DNA of 64,000 nt from a virus: positions 5,674 through 69,673 of the IMG/VR virus record IMGVR_UViG_3300007513_000028. One strand, 5' to 3'. Shown here piece by piece: positions 44,921 to 53,728 of this stretch. The translations under genes and the position numbers were made by a program. The notes beneath the pieces are model-generated. The model worked only from the letters and a program-made list of their open reading frames with translations. It did not search any database and had not been told where the DNA came from. Positions within the stretch are counted from its first letter, which is position 1, and each line of letters begins with the position of its first letter.

Positions 44921-47900
44921 ATGGATAGAGTTATCTTAGGGAAACATGCAAATACTCTTCTCAATGAAGTTGGGCTTTATGTATCAAAACCGGGAGCAAA
45001 TGTTCTAGATCCACAGACATATCTTGATGGCAATTTGATGTTTTCATCGACAGATGCAAGTTCTTTGAATATAATCCAATCGGGGGCATTTAAGATAACC
45101 TGTGAGCGAGAGCCTGTGGCTTTGTCTGGGACTACGCCATCTGTTGGAACTCATAATTTAGAAAGAATATTTCAAATATCATTAAAAGATATTTTTGGAA
45201 GCGGGGGAAATCATTGCCCATGCCCACCAGCCATCGAGGGATTTGCCCACACGACCGCAACTGCGGCTGGCAGAAGAAAAGATAGGTTTATCTGGGCAAC
45301 ACATTACAGGGCGGTGGGGACTCCTGAACAAAAACAGGCAGCAGTAGATTTTGGTCTGGCCCAAAGTCCCCCCATTACCATACCGTATGACACCTGGGCA
45401 GACAATAGGGATGATGCACAAAGGGCTTTGAGAGATGCAACTGGCCTGTGGAGTTTTTATATGGATGTTGCCGGAGCAGAATCCAATCTTCCTATAAATT
45501 ATAATAATCCTCATTATCCCGGTGCCGGACATTGCAAAACTGTTTTTTCTGAAACACGACATGATTATGGAGGGGCAGGAAATCCAACATCCATCCCTTC
45601 TGGATATATATCAACCTCCCCGGTTTATGATAGCGAATGGATATGGGACGGGGATGTTGCATACAATCCCATTAATGGTTCGTTTGTGGGCGCCGGGCCC
45701 TGGGGAGACTCTCGGCTCGATGAAGGCACCCAAGAATTTTCTAACTATGAAGCGGGTGGGAGTTGGGCGCAGCAGACAGACCTTGTTGTTCGCTCTTGTG
45801 TTGTAACTGACGGAGCGCATGGAGGCGATCCAGTCCAACCCGATCCCGCGCTCATGGGCGGCGTTCCTAGTGACCTAAAGGTTGGAGCAATGCTAAGAAT
45901 GCCAGAATCAAGTTGGGGCTTCGGTTCGGAAAGCCTTCCGTTTAGCACAGATCCGTTCGACCAGCGTTATGGCGAATGGGGTGACTGGGACCATCCAAAC
46001 ACCAATTTTGCCCGCGCAGCAGATTTTTGGATGGCGGTTATTCCATATGTACAGGTGCCCTATACGGACATATGGGGAGATCCCAATCATCCTCTGAGTG
46101 GCTACTACGGCCCGGACTGGCAAGTCACGGACCCAAATTGGAGTCCAGTTGTCACGATGACTCCGCAAATGTGGATGCTAAATCCAGCCATGCCCGGAAG
46201 TGCTGCCATTCACGAACTCAATGAAGAATATAAGGAATTTGGGGCAACGGTGACGACAGTAACAAACCTTGGAATTGGAATAGACGAGCATTTCTATCAT
46301 GATTCTGAACGACCAACAAACCTTTCTGCAATGACCTGGGGCGGTTGGTATAGTTCAAAGGAAGACGTTATGGAAGGAAATTATATAGACAGAGGAAATG
46401 TTACAATTCCTATTATTAATCCGCTGCCCGATGGAGAAATTCCAGAAGTTGCAATTCGTTTTGCAGTCGGGTCTTCAGGAAAAGATGGAAAACAGGTAAG
46501 ATTTCATCCCTGGTATGCAAATGTTGCAACAACCCCAACATCCGATTGGGCCCCAGACTGGGACGACTTTACATATACAAATGAAGATGAAATTGTCCAC
46601 ATGGACAGCCCTTGGGTACGATTTAAATGGGGAGGAATTGGAAGTAATCTTTATAGTGGAGTGTCTCTTCATGAAAATGCTAGAGAGGCGTGGGAGGCAA
46701 TATGGACTCCAGAAGAACTTGATGCGCTTGAATCTTTGGGTGTTGCGCTTCCAGGGGTGAATCCAGTAGGCACTCCCAAATCCCGTAAATTATGGGAAAG
46801 CGCATTGGGCCATTCTGTGGGAGTTTCTGGTCTTTTTCATTTTTCCAATTCAACTCATCTTTCTGTAGAAGCACATATGACTCCCACACACACAGGCTTG
46901 CGAAGACCTGTTGTTTTTTCGCCACTTGACCACGCAGCCTGGGATTCGCGAAGGAATGCCCTAGAAGATTATGCCGCAATAAAGCGCAAAACTCCTTCTG
47001 CGGGAGACGGATACACGGGCTGGCCGCGTTCGTATACAAACTTAGAATATCTTCCTGCAACAACCCATGATAGATTTGGTTCTGGTGCGATTGGCGGCAT
47101 AGGCACGGCAGCGCCCCAACTGAATGGAACAGATTCTTTGTATGGTTGGCTCGGTCATCCATTACAATATTTTTCAAATCCATTTTCAAATACCATGTGT
47201 ACATTTTATACACATATGCAGCCCCCGTTTATAGACCAATATGACCCCGCCACCTATCCTCTCCATTATCATGGAAGGCAATGGGCACTAGAAATCGACC
47301 AAGTAAATCTAGGCGAGACTTATCATACAGATTCTTTGGGAGTTTCTCATCGAATTCCTGTATGGGGTCCAGATATTCCAGGAATTTCTTCACAGGCAGA
47401 TAGTGATGAATGGTGGGTGCTGGGCGGCTTTTTGTCCGAAGGAGAGGGAATTCAGTGGCCACCAGGGCATGAGTTTGGAAATTGGAGTGATGATGTAGCT
47501 TGGCAGGGTAGTATGGGGATGGGAGGGGCTGGCCCTGCAAGAACTTTGGGCCTTTCTGAGGGTGATTCTAATTGTTGGGATACTTATTATTGTTCGTATG
47601 TGATATATTCACACGGAAGAAAACCAGATGTGTCGGCTCAACAATCAAATACCATTACTGTGAGCGCCCGCTCCTCTACTCTTGCCGGGGGAAATATGAT
47701 AAACCCATTGAAGTACAGGGGGGATGCAGACGATGATGATATGAGATATTTTAATTTGAATTTTCCTGATGATTTTGTAGGAACTCCCGGCGATCCTGCA
47801 ACAGACCCATTTCATAATCACAGAGATGAATCTGGAAGAATATATGGAAGTCTGAATATTATTTTTGAAATTCCTGAATATGATACCCCCGGAGTTGATC

Positions 47901-49060
47901 CAATGTATATTGGTTCGGAGGAGTTTGAACAGTTTTTTATGAAAACCGGATCTGGCCTTTCTGATTTTAAACTTATGGGAAAACCAAAGCCAGCAATCAC
48001 CTTTGATCTTTCTGGTCGTAACTTTAATTTTATTAATAATCAAAATCTTAATTTGATTATCAAAAATCATGGAATTGTTCTGGGCGGTGGCGGGGCTGGT
48101 GGATATGGCGGCCATTATAATTATGACCTCAACCCCGGAGAAACTGTACCCGGAGGAAAAACTTCGGCAGGCGATGCTCCCTTAAAAATTGGCGGTGGTG
48201 GCGGCGGTGCCGGGGGCGGAAGTGGTCGTGGAAATAATCCTGCTGGCACTCTACATGATTCAAATTATTCCTATGCAGGAACAGGAAAGGCAGGCAGCGG
48301 ATATGGTCGTGCAATACTAATTGGCGGTTCATTAGACGAAACATGGAGCGCAGAAATGCAGGGCGAGACTGGTACGGATATTACATTGCACACATCAGCA
48401 AATCCAAGTTATAGAAATGTCTCTGGTGGGGCAGGAGGTCTTGCCGGAACTGTAGAAACAATAAATCGCGTGGACTCGCTTCAGCCCGATTATGGTTCTG
48501 ATGGAGGAGACTGTTTTTTTATTATTCATGACGAAACATATCTTCCTAACATAGAAATAATAAATATTGGTTCGGGTTCTAATTCTACACAAGTGAATGA
48601 TGCAATGATGCGTTCCGGTGGTGGTGGCGCAGGTGGTGGCGCAGGCGGAGAAATTGTAAATGAAGACCGACCGTCGGGAAAGGTCTTTGGGGCGACTGGC
48701 GCAGAGGCAGGATATAATGGAAATCCCGACACTTCGACCAGCGGAGAAAATAGTAGGTATCAGTGGCCTGGTGGGGCTGCGGGATATTTGGTGGGCGCAT
48801 ATGCAGACAGTCTCTTTGATGTTTTTGATGGAGAATATAATGTCGGCTGGCCTGAAGTTCCGCCGGGTGCCGTGACAACATACCCAGAAAATACAGAAGA
48901 AGGAATATATGACAAGGTTCGTGCGGCATACGCAGGAAAAATTACAGTAAGAAATGAAGCATCAACAGAAACAATTTATGCAAGACACCCCAACGGAGCC
49001 ACCACGCCGGGAACCGCCGGATGGTCCCTTGGAGTAGGTTCTTCTGAATATAAGAAATAA
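44921..49060 (+). CDS. Putative fibre-tip protein 3 (DRVILGK family) with C-terminal glycine-rich gp38-like adhesin domain
   Basis: MDRVILGK...GLYVSKPGANV..LMFSS; C-terminal LIIKNHGIVLGGGGAGG, GGGGGGAGGGSG and SGGGGAGGGAGG motifs. Confidence 0.7.
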   Translation: MDRVILGKHANTLLNEVGLYVSKPGANVLDPQTYLDGNLMFSSTDASSLNIIQSGAFKITCEREPVALSGTTPSVGTHNLERIFQISLKDIFGSGGNHCPCPPAIEGFAHTTATAAGRRKDRFIWATHYRAVGTPEQKQAAVDFGLAQSPPITIPYDTWADNRDDAQRALRDATGLWSFYMDVAGAESNLPINYNNPHYPGAGHCKTVFSETRHDYGGAGNPTSIPSGYISTSPVYDSEWIWDGDVAYNPINGSFVGAGPWGDSRLDEGTQEFSNYEAGGSWAQQTDLVVRSCVVTDGAHGGDPVQPDPALMGGVPSDLKVGAMLRMPESSWGFGSESLPFSTDPFDQRYGEWGDWDHPNTNFARAADFWMAVIPYVQVPYTDIWGDPNHPLSGYYGPDWQVTDPNWSPVVTMTPQMWMLNPAMPGSAAIHELNEEYKEFGATVTTVTNLGIGIDEHFYHDSERPTNLSAMTWGGWYSSKEDVMEGNYIDRGNVTIPIINPLPDGEIPEVAIRFAVGSSGKDGKQVRFHPWYANVATTPTSDWAPDWDDFTYTNEDEIVHMDSPWVRFKWGGIGSNLYSGVSLHENAREAWEAIWTPEELDALESLGVALPGVNPVGTPKSRKLWESALGHSVGVSGLFHFSNSTHLSVEAHMTPTHTGLRRPVVFSPLDHAAWDSRRNALEDYAAIKRKTPSAGDGYTGWPRSYTNLEYLPATTHDRFGSGAIGGIGTAAPQLNGTDSLYGWLGHPLQYFSNPFSNTMCTFYTHMQPPFIDQYDPATYPLHYHGRQWALEIDQVNLGETYHTDSLGVSHRIPVWGPDIPGISSQADSDEWWVLGGFLSEGEGIQWPPGHEFGNWSDDVAWQGSMGMGGAGPARTLGLSEGDSNCWDTYYCSYVIYSHGRKPDVSAQQSNTITVSARSSTLAGGNMINPLKYRGDADDDDMRYFNLNFPDDFVGTPGDPATDPFHNHRDESGRIYGSLNIIFEIPEYDTPGVDPMYIGSEEFEQFFMKTGSGLSDFKLMGKPKPAITFDLSGRNFNFINNQNLNLIIKNHGIVLGGGGAGGYGGHYNYDLNPGETVPGGKTSAGDAPLKIGGGGGGAGGGSGRGNNPAGTLHDSNYSYAGTGKAGSGYGRAILIGGSLDETWSAEMQGETGTDITLHTSANPSYRNVSGGAGGLAGTVETINRVDSLQPDYGSDGGDCFFIIHDETYLPNIEIINIGSGSNSTQVNDAMMRSGGGGAGGGAGGEIVNEDRPSGKVFGATGAEAGYNGNPDTSTSGENSRYQWPGGAAGYLVGAYADSLFDVFDGEYNVGWPEVPPGAVTTYPENTEEGIYDKVRAAYAGKITVRNEASTETIYARHPNGATTPGTAGWSLGVGSSEYKK

Positions 49061-49080
49061 AAAGAAAGGAAATTTATTCA

Positions 49081-49344
49081 ATGCATAATATTTCTGCAAA
49101 TATACATAGTATAAGCACTTCAAAAAAAACTTGTGTGGTGTCCATAAAGGATAATTCAGATTATGTAATAGAGAACGTCAACATAGGGCTGGAATTGAAC
49201 CCCGACAATACTGCAAACACCGTATGGATTCGTAATAAAATTAAATATATTACTTCTCTTTATATCAAATCAAAAGAAGACGAAAAGAACCCAGGAACAT
49301 TAAAGGATACAATCACATTAAAAACAGAGGAGCCATTGTTTTGA
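49081..49344 (+). CDS. Hypothetical protein
   Basis: ORF with AAGGA Shine-Dalgarno, in operon order, AT-rich. Confidence 0.6.
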   Translation: MHNISANIHSISTSKKTCVVSIKDNSDYVIENVNIGLELNPDNTANTVWIRNKIKYITSLYIKSKEDEKNPGTLKDTITLKTEEPLF

Positions 49345-49835
49345 GAAAAACAACAATGATTGCAACAGAGGGCCATTTTCTTTTTATTGCAAAAACAACA
49401 AGAAAAAAAGATTTGCAATATGAAGCACACGACAAGCCAAATGGAAATCCTATTGGATTTTTTGTGTCGGGAACCTCAAACACGTTTACGGCAGATTCGG
49501 ATTTTAATTGGAGTCCATATTCCAGCACATCTGCCCCAATATTACATACTCGGTCCTGTCATAGTTTGTTTGGTGCCGTTGCGACTTCTGATGAAACCCT
49601 GTATGTTTCAATTATTCCGAGGGAAGGATCTGTCGAAGGAACTTGGGCATCATTAAATAATGCAACAACAGATGAATTAGATAAATTAAAAACCACAAAA
49701 ACCTCATTCGTGCTTGAACTTGATTGTTCGAGTAATATATTCAAGGATTTAAATACATTTGAAACTATTCCAGAAAGCGAAGCAATAAATATTATAGATG
49801 AAAATGAAATTACATTTGATTTTAATGGAGTTTAA
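49341..49835 (+). CDS. Hypothetical protein (TTG start)
   Basis: GAGGAG at 49327-49332; TTGA start/stop overlap with the upstream ORF. Confidence 0.6.
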   Translation: MRKTTMIATEGHFLFIAKTTRKKDLQYEAHDKPNGNPIGFFVSGTSNTFTADSDFNWSPYSSTSAPILHTRSCHSLFGAVATSDETLYVSIIPREGSVEGTWASLNNATTDELDKLKTTKTSFVLELDCSSNIFKDLNTFETIPESEAINIIDENEITFDFNGV

Positions 49836-49837
49836 TA

Positions 49838-50308
49838 ATGGCTATTTTTAATAAAACAATTTATGCATATGAGCCGTCCACCGGAATATTATCATATACA
49901 ATAGACAATCCAACATCAGATCATATAAAAAATTTAAGAGATAGAAAAATTACATTTCATATAGACTCTCCTGGGAAATTTTCTCCGAGCGCATATGTGA
50001 CAAAAAATGCAATTACGGGGCAAACAGAATCAATTGCTCCAGTCCAACACATAAATTTTGTACAGGTCAGCAACAACGTTCTTGTTGCCAATGGAACAGA
50101 TGTTGTTTTAGTTTCAAATTTAGTTTCGGGTTCTGTTTTAGAATATGACGGAGAATCATTTACGGCAAATAATACAGATAATAGTGTTGAATTTACTGCA
50201 AATGGAATTTCCGCCAACCCTAACGAAAATTATATTTCTTTTAAGGTTTCTTGTTATGGTTATTATTCAAAAAATTATACAATTGCCCTTACAGGAGTAA
50301 TTCAATGA
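49838..50308 (+). CDS. Hypothetical beta-rich protein, probably tail accessory
   Basis: Tightly packed ORF with GGAG Shine-Dalgarno; ATGA overlap with the next gene. Confidence 0.6.
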   Translation: MAIFNKTIYAYEPSTGILSYTIDNPTSDHIKNLRDRKITFHIDSPGKFSPSAYVTKNAITGQTESIAPVQHINFVQVSNNVLVANGTDVVLVSNLVSGSVLEYDGESFTANNTDNSVEFTANGISANPNENYISFKVSCYGYYSKNYTIALTGVIQ

Positions 50309-50595
50309 AATTTCATAAAAACAATACAAATAATTTGTTAACTTTAGATCTATTGGAAAAACAAAAGAAACAGCAAGAACACGCAAGAAAACATGCCGAA
50401 GAGGTCAGAAAAAGAAAAGAGGAAATAGAAAAAATAAAAGAAAGACAAAAGAAACGGGCAGATGCATATCCCAGCATTACAGATCAATTGGATATGTTAT
50501 GGCATGATATTGACAATGGAAATATTTCTGCAAATGTTGCCTCTGGTACATGGTATAGGAAGATTAAGGCAGTCAAGGAATCCAATCCTTTATAA
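50305..50595 (+). CDS. Small tail-fibre-associated protein (R..AYPSI.DQLDMLWH motif); start reassigned to ATG 50305
   Basis: Motif RADAYPSITDQLDMLWHDID..W..IKAVK..P is familiar from small proteins near phage fibre genes; AGGAG upstream of 50305. Confidence 0.65.
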   Translation: MKFHKNNTNNLLTLDLLEKQKKQQEHARKHAEEVRKRKEEIEKIKERQKKRADAYPSITDQLDMLWHDIDNGNISANVASGTWYRKIKAVKESNPL

Positions 50596-50598
50596 ATA
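50591..50598 (+). promoter_or_regulatory. T4-type late promoter TATAAATA
   Basis: Exact consensus upstream of the neck gene cluster. Confidence 0.85.
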
Positions 50599-50640
50599 GT
50601 ATTAGATAAACTATATTCTTATCGGACATGGGTTTATAAT

Positions 50641-51030
50641 ATGGCCAGCAGATATAAAAACATAATAATCGACCAAGGGACAGACTTTTCTGCCAATCTT
50701 GAGATATATAAAACCCCGGCGTCCACGGCAAAGGAATCCCTTGGGGCGCAACATTATGCAAATTCTCAAATGAGAAAAAGTTATTATCATACAAATTCTG
50801 TTCTTACGTTCACAACTTCTGTCGATATTGATTCAGATTCTGTTACAATTACTGCAAACAATATACAGACAAAGGCAATTAAATCTGGAAGATATTTGTA
50901 TGAAGTGGTAATTACATTTACTGGAGGCGCAACCGATGATAAATGGAGGGCAGTAGAAGGAATTGCCACGGTGACCCCATCAGTAGAACTTGGTTCAATG
51001 TATACAGGAGGCTCAAGTGGCTACACCTAG
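50641..51030 (+). CDS. Conserved small virion protein upstream of gp13 (Ig/BppU-like)
   Basis: NIIIDQGTDFS..QMRKSY..GRYLYEV..RAVEG.ATVTP motif, common in T4-like environmental phages. Confidence 0.7.
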   Translation: MASRYKNIIIDQGTDFSANLEIYKTPASTAKESLGAQHYANSQMRKSYYHTNSVLTFTTSVDIDSDSVTITANNIQTKAIKSGRYLYEVVITFTGGATDDKWRAVEGIATVTPSVELGSMYTGGSSGYT

Positions 51031-51766
51031 TACCCGAGAGGAATTTAAAGACTATTGTCTCCGACGCCTGGGGCATCCTGTTGTTGAGATTAATGTAGAC
51101 GAACTCCAGATGGAAGATCGTATTGATGATGCCTTGCGCTTCTGGCAGGAATATCATTTTGATGGCACAGAACAGGTTTATATCACCCACAAAGTTTTGG
51201 CTGAAGACATTACAAATAAATATTTGACTCTTACTGGCTACGAAAATTCAATTATTGGAATTAGTCGAATGCTCAAGACTACCGGCCAGACCACAAACAT
51301 GTTTTCGATTCGTTATCAGATGGCATTTAATGACATTGCCACATACAGTACCCGTGGTGTCCGAGAAATGTCAAACTATTGGATGAGGCTTTCGCACCTG
51401 AATATGATTTCGGATTTAATTACTGGGATGAGCAATATTCGATTCAATAGAAAAACTAATAATCTCCATATTGATTGGGATTGGTCAACTGATATTTCGG
51501 CGGGAGACTATATTGTATTAGAAGCCCATCAAAAGGTTGGAGAGGTTTCTGAATTGTGGGGAGATACATTTTTGAAAAATTATGCAACGGCACTCATCAA
51601 AGAACAATGGGGAACAAATTTAAGTAAGTTTGAAGGAGTGCAGTTGCCCGGCGGCGTCACTCTCAACGGGCGGGCAATTCTTGAAGATGCTCGCATAGAA
51701 ATAGAAAGATTGAAAGAACAAATGTCTCTTTCTTTCGAGCTTCCTGTAGACTTTTTGGTGGGGTAA
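51017..51766 (+). CDS. gp13: Neck protein gp13 (GTG start at 51017)
   Basis: P.TREEFKDYCLRRLG.PV.EINV, YHFDG and QWGTNLSKFEGVQLPGGVTLNG motifs; AGGAGG at 51006-51011. Confidence 0.95.
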   Translation: MATPSTREEFKDYCLRRLGHPVVEINVDELQMEDRIDDALRFWQEYHFDGTEQVYITHKVLAEDITNKYLTLTGYENSIIGISRMLKTTGQTTNMFSIRYQMAFNDIATYSTRGVREMSNYWMRLSHLNMISDLITGMSNIRFNRKTNNLHIDWDWSTDISAGDYIVLEAHQKVGEVSELWGDTFLKNYATALIKEQWGTNLSKFEGVQLPGGVTLNGRAILEDARIEIERLKEQMSLSFELPVDFLVG

Positions 51767-51774
51767 CATAGCCC

Positions 51775-52461
51775 ATGCCTACTAATTTTTACATAAATAA
51801 TTTTGAGAGTTCTCCAGAACAAAATCTTATTCATGATTTGATTATAGAGAGTATTAAATTTTATGGAATGGATGTCTATTGGATTCCCCGGCTTTCTTCT
51901 GTTACAGGCCGGGATCAACTTTATGGAGAAGATTCTTTATCCTACTTCAATCTTGCGCGGACAATTGAGATGTACATCAAAAATGTCGAGGGATTTGAAG
52001 GCGAAGGGGAATTTCTTTCTAAATTTGGATTAGACATTCGAGATCAAATTACTTTTACAGTTTCGATCAGACGGTTTCATCAACTTGGAGCGGTAGAAGA
52101 ACTTCCAACGGTCCCTGCCTCACAATCTCCTTTTGCCAGGCCCCGCGAAGGAGATTTAATATATCTTCCGTTAAACAGAAAATTATTTGAGATTCAATTT
52201 GTGGAACATGAATCTTTATTTTATACTGCCGGAACTCTTCCTGTATATGATTTGCGATGCGAATTGTTTGTATACAACAATCAGAAATTTAGTACAGGGA
52301 TTGCAGAGATTGATAACATTGCATCCAAGTATGCCTATGGAAATACAATGCCTGCCTTTAATGCAAATACAGGAACAACCTGGGTAGACAATACTCTAAT
52401 AGAAAATTCTGCAAATGCAATTCTTGATTTCTCGGAAACAAATCCGTTTGGAGATTTTTAA
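51775..52461 (+). CDS. gp14: Neck protein gp14
   Basis: EQNLI.DLIIESIK.YG.DVY.IPR, RPREGDLIY.P and LDFSETNPFG motifs. Confidence 0.95.
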   Translation: MPTNFYINNFESSPEQNLIHDLIIESIKFYGMDVYWIPRLSSVTGRDQLYGEDSLSYFNLARTIEMYIKNVEGFEGEGEFLSKFGLDIRDQITFTVSIRRFHQLGAVEELPTVPASQSPFARPREGDLIYLPLNRKLFEIQFVEHESLFYTAGTLPVYDLRCELFVYNNQKFSTGIAEIDNIASKYAYGNTMPAFNANTGTTWVDNTLIENSANAILDFSETNPFGDF

Positions 52462-52464
52462 ATC

Positions 52465-53292
52465 ATGTTGGCCAATACTTTTTCGCACGGGCTGGTCCGA
52501 GATTATGTAATTTCATTCGGAACACTCTTCAATAACATTAAAATTAACCGCCGGGCTGCCTCTGGTGGAGATGCCGACACAATTGCAATTCCTCTTACCT
52601 ATGCCCCTCGACAACGATACCTTGAGCGCATCAATGGTGACTTAAATTTAGATAGGCCTGTGGCATTGACTCTTCCGAGAATGTCTTTTGAAATGACGGG
52701 CATGACATATTCATCAGAGCGAAAACTGAATACAATGAATCGGACACACCGAACAAGAACAGCCGGATCAAATGCAAATACAATGATTTTTTCTTCATTT
52801 GCTCCGGTCCCTTATGATTTTAATTTTCAATTGAACATATATGTGGGCAATATTGAAGACGGAACGCACATCATCGAACAAATTCTTCCTTATTTTACGC
52901 CAGAGTTTACAGTAAGTCTGCGGCGAGTGAGTGATTTGGAATTAAATATTGACCTTCCTATTATTTTGACTTCAGTTTCCACAGAAGATAATTATGAAGG
53001 AAATCTTGAAGACAGAAGGTTTATTATATGGACACTTGATTTTACTCTCAAGGGGCAGTTATATGGTTTTATTACATTAAACAATGCAATTGTCAACAAG
53101 TCATACATCAATCTACATCCAACCATGAATGTTGACTCTGCCAACTCATATGACCAAATTCAAATCCGCCCTGCCATGTTTGCCAACGGAATGCCGACAA
53201 CAAATGCATCCCTGAGTGTTCCGGTTGGAGAAATTAGAGCAAATGATAACTTTGGTATTGCGACGGACATCGTAAACATATTGGGAGATTAA
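52465..53292 (+). CDS. gp15: Tail sheath stabiliser/terminator gp15
   Basis: FGTLFNNI.I, LPRMSFEM, PVPY and IIEQILPYFTP motifs. Confidence 0.95.
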   Translation: MLANTFSHGLVRDYVISFGTLFNNIKINRRAASGGDADTIAIPLTYAPRQRYLERINGDLNLDRPVALTLPRMSFEMTGMTYSSERKLNTMNRTHRTRTAGSNANTMIFSSFAPVPYDFNFQLNIYVGNIEDGTHIIEQILPYFTPEFTVSLRRVSDLELNIDLPIILTSVSTEDNYEGNLEDRRFIIWTLDFTLKGQLYGFITLNNAIVNKSYINLHPTMNVDSANSYDQIQIRPAMFANGMPTTNASLSVPVGEIRANDNFGIATDIVNILGD

Positions 53293-53296
53293 TACT

Positions 53297-53728
53297 GTGG
53301 CAATTAATGATGATGATGATGAAGAAGTCAAAGAAGCCGAGCTTGTGGAACTTACGACCCAGACGCTAGAAGTGATGAGAAAAAACCACCAAGACGAAGA
53401 CTATGAGTATGTCAGAAATAATCTTCAGGATATTATTGCAAAGGGTGGCTCTGCTCTTGATGGAATTCTTGAGCTTGCAAAAGATTCTGACCATCCCAGG
53501 GCATGGGAGGTGTTTGGTCAAATCATGCGACAACTTTCCGAAACAAACAAAGACCTCATTGAACTCCAGAAGGACATGAAGAAAATCAAAGACGAAGAAG
53601 GTGTCAAGAATGTCACGCAGAATGCAATTTTTATGGGGTCAACAAAGGAACTTCAAAAGTTTCTTCGGGGTCAGGGCCATGTCAGTCAGAAACTAAAAGA
53701 TTCAAAGAGAAAGAAATCGGATGGGTGA
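53297..53728 (+). CDS. gp16: Terminase small subunit gp16 (GTG start)
   Basis: DYEYVR.NL, A..SDHPRA.EV and NAIFMGSTKELQK motifs. Confidence 0.93.
   Translation: MAINDDDDEEVKEAELVELTTQTLEVMRKNHQDEDYEYVRNNLQDIIAKGGSALDGILELAKDSDHPRAWEVFGQIMRQLSETNKDLIELQKDMKKIKDEEGVKNVTQNAIFMGSTKELQKFLRGQGHVSQKLKDSKRKKSDG

Noticed and set aside
23199-49060. Diversity-generating retroelement or invertase shufflon acting on fibre genes
   Set aside because: No reverse transcriptase or recombinase ORF, no inverted cassettes, and no template/variable repeat pair differing only at adenines were seen. A trans-acting element outside the window cannot be excluded.
50251-51016. ORF-track starts at 50251 and 50990 (and 60427 for gp22)
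   Set aside because: Shine-Dalgarno positions and homologous N-termini favour 50305, 51017 and 60463.
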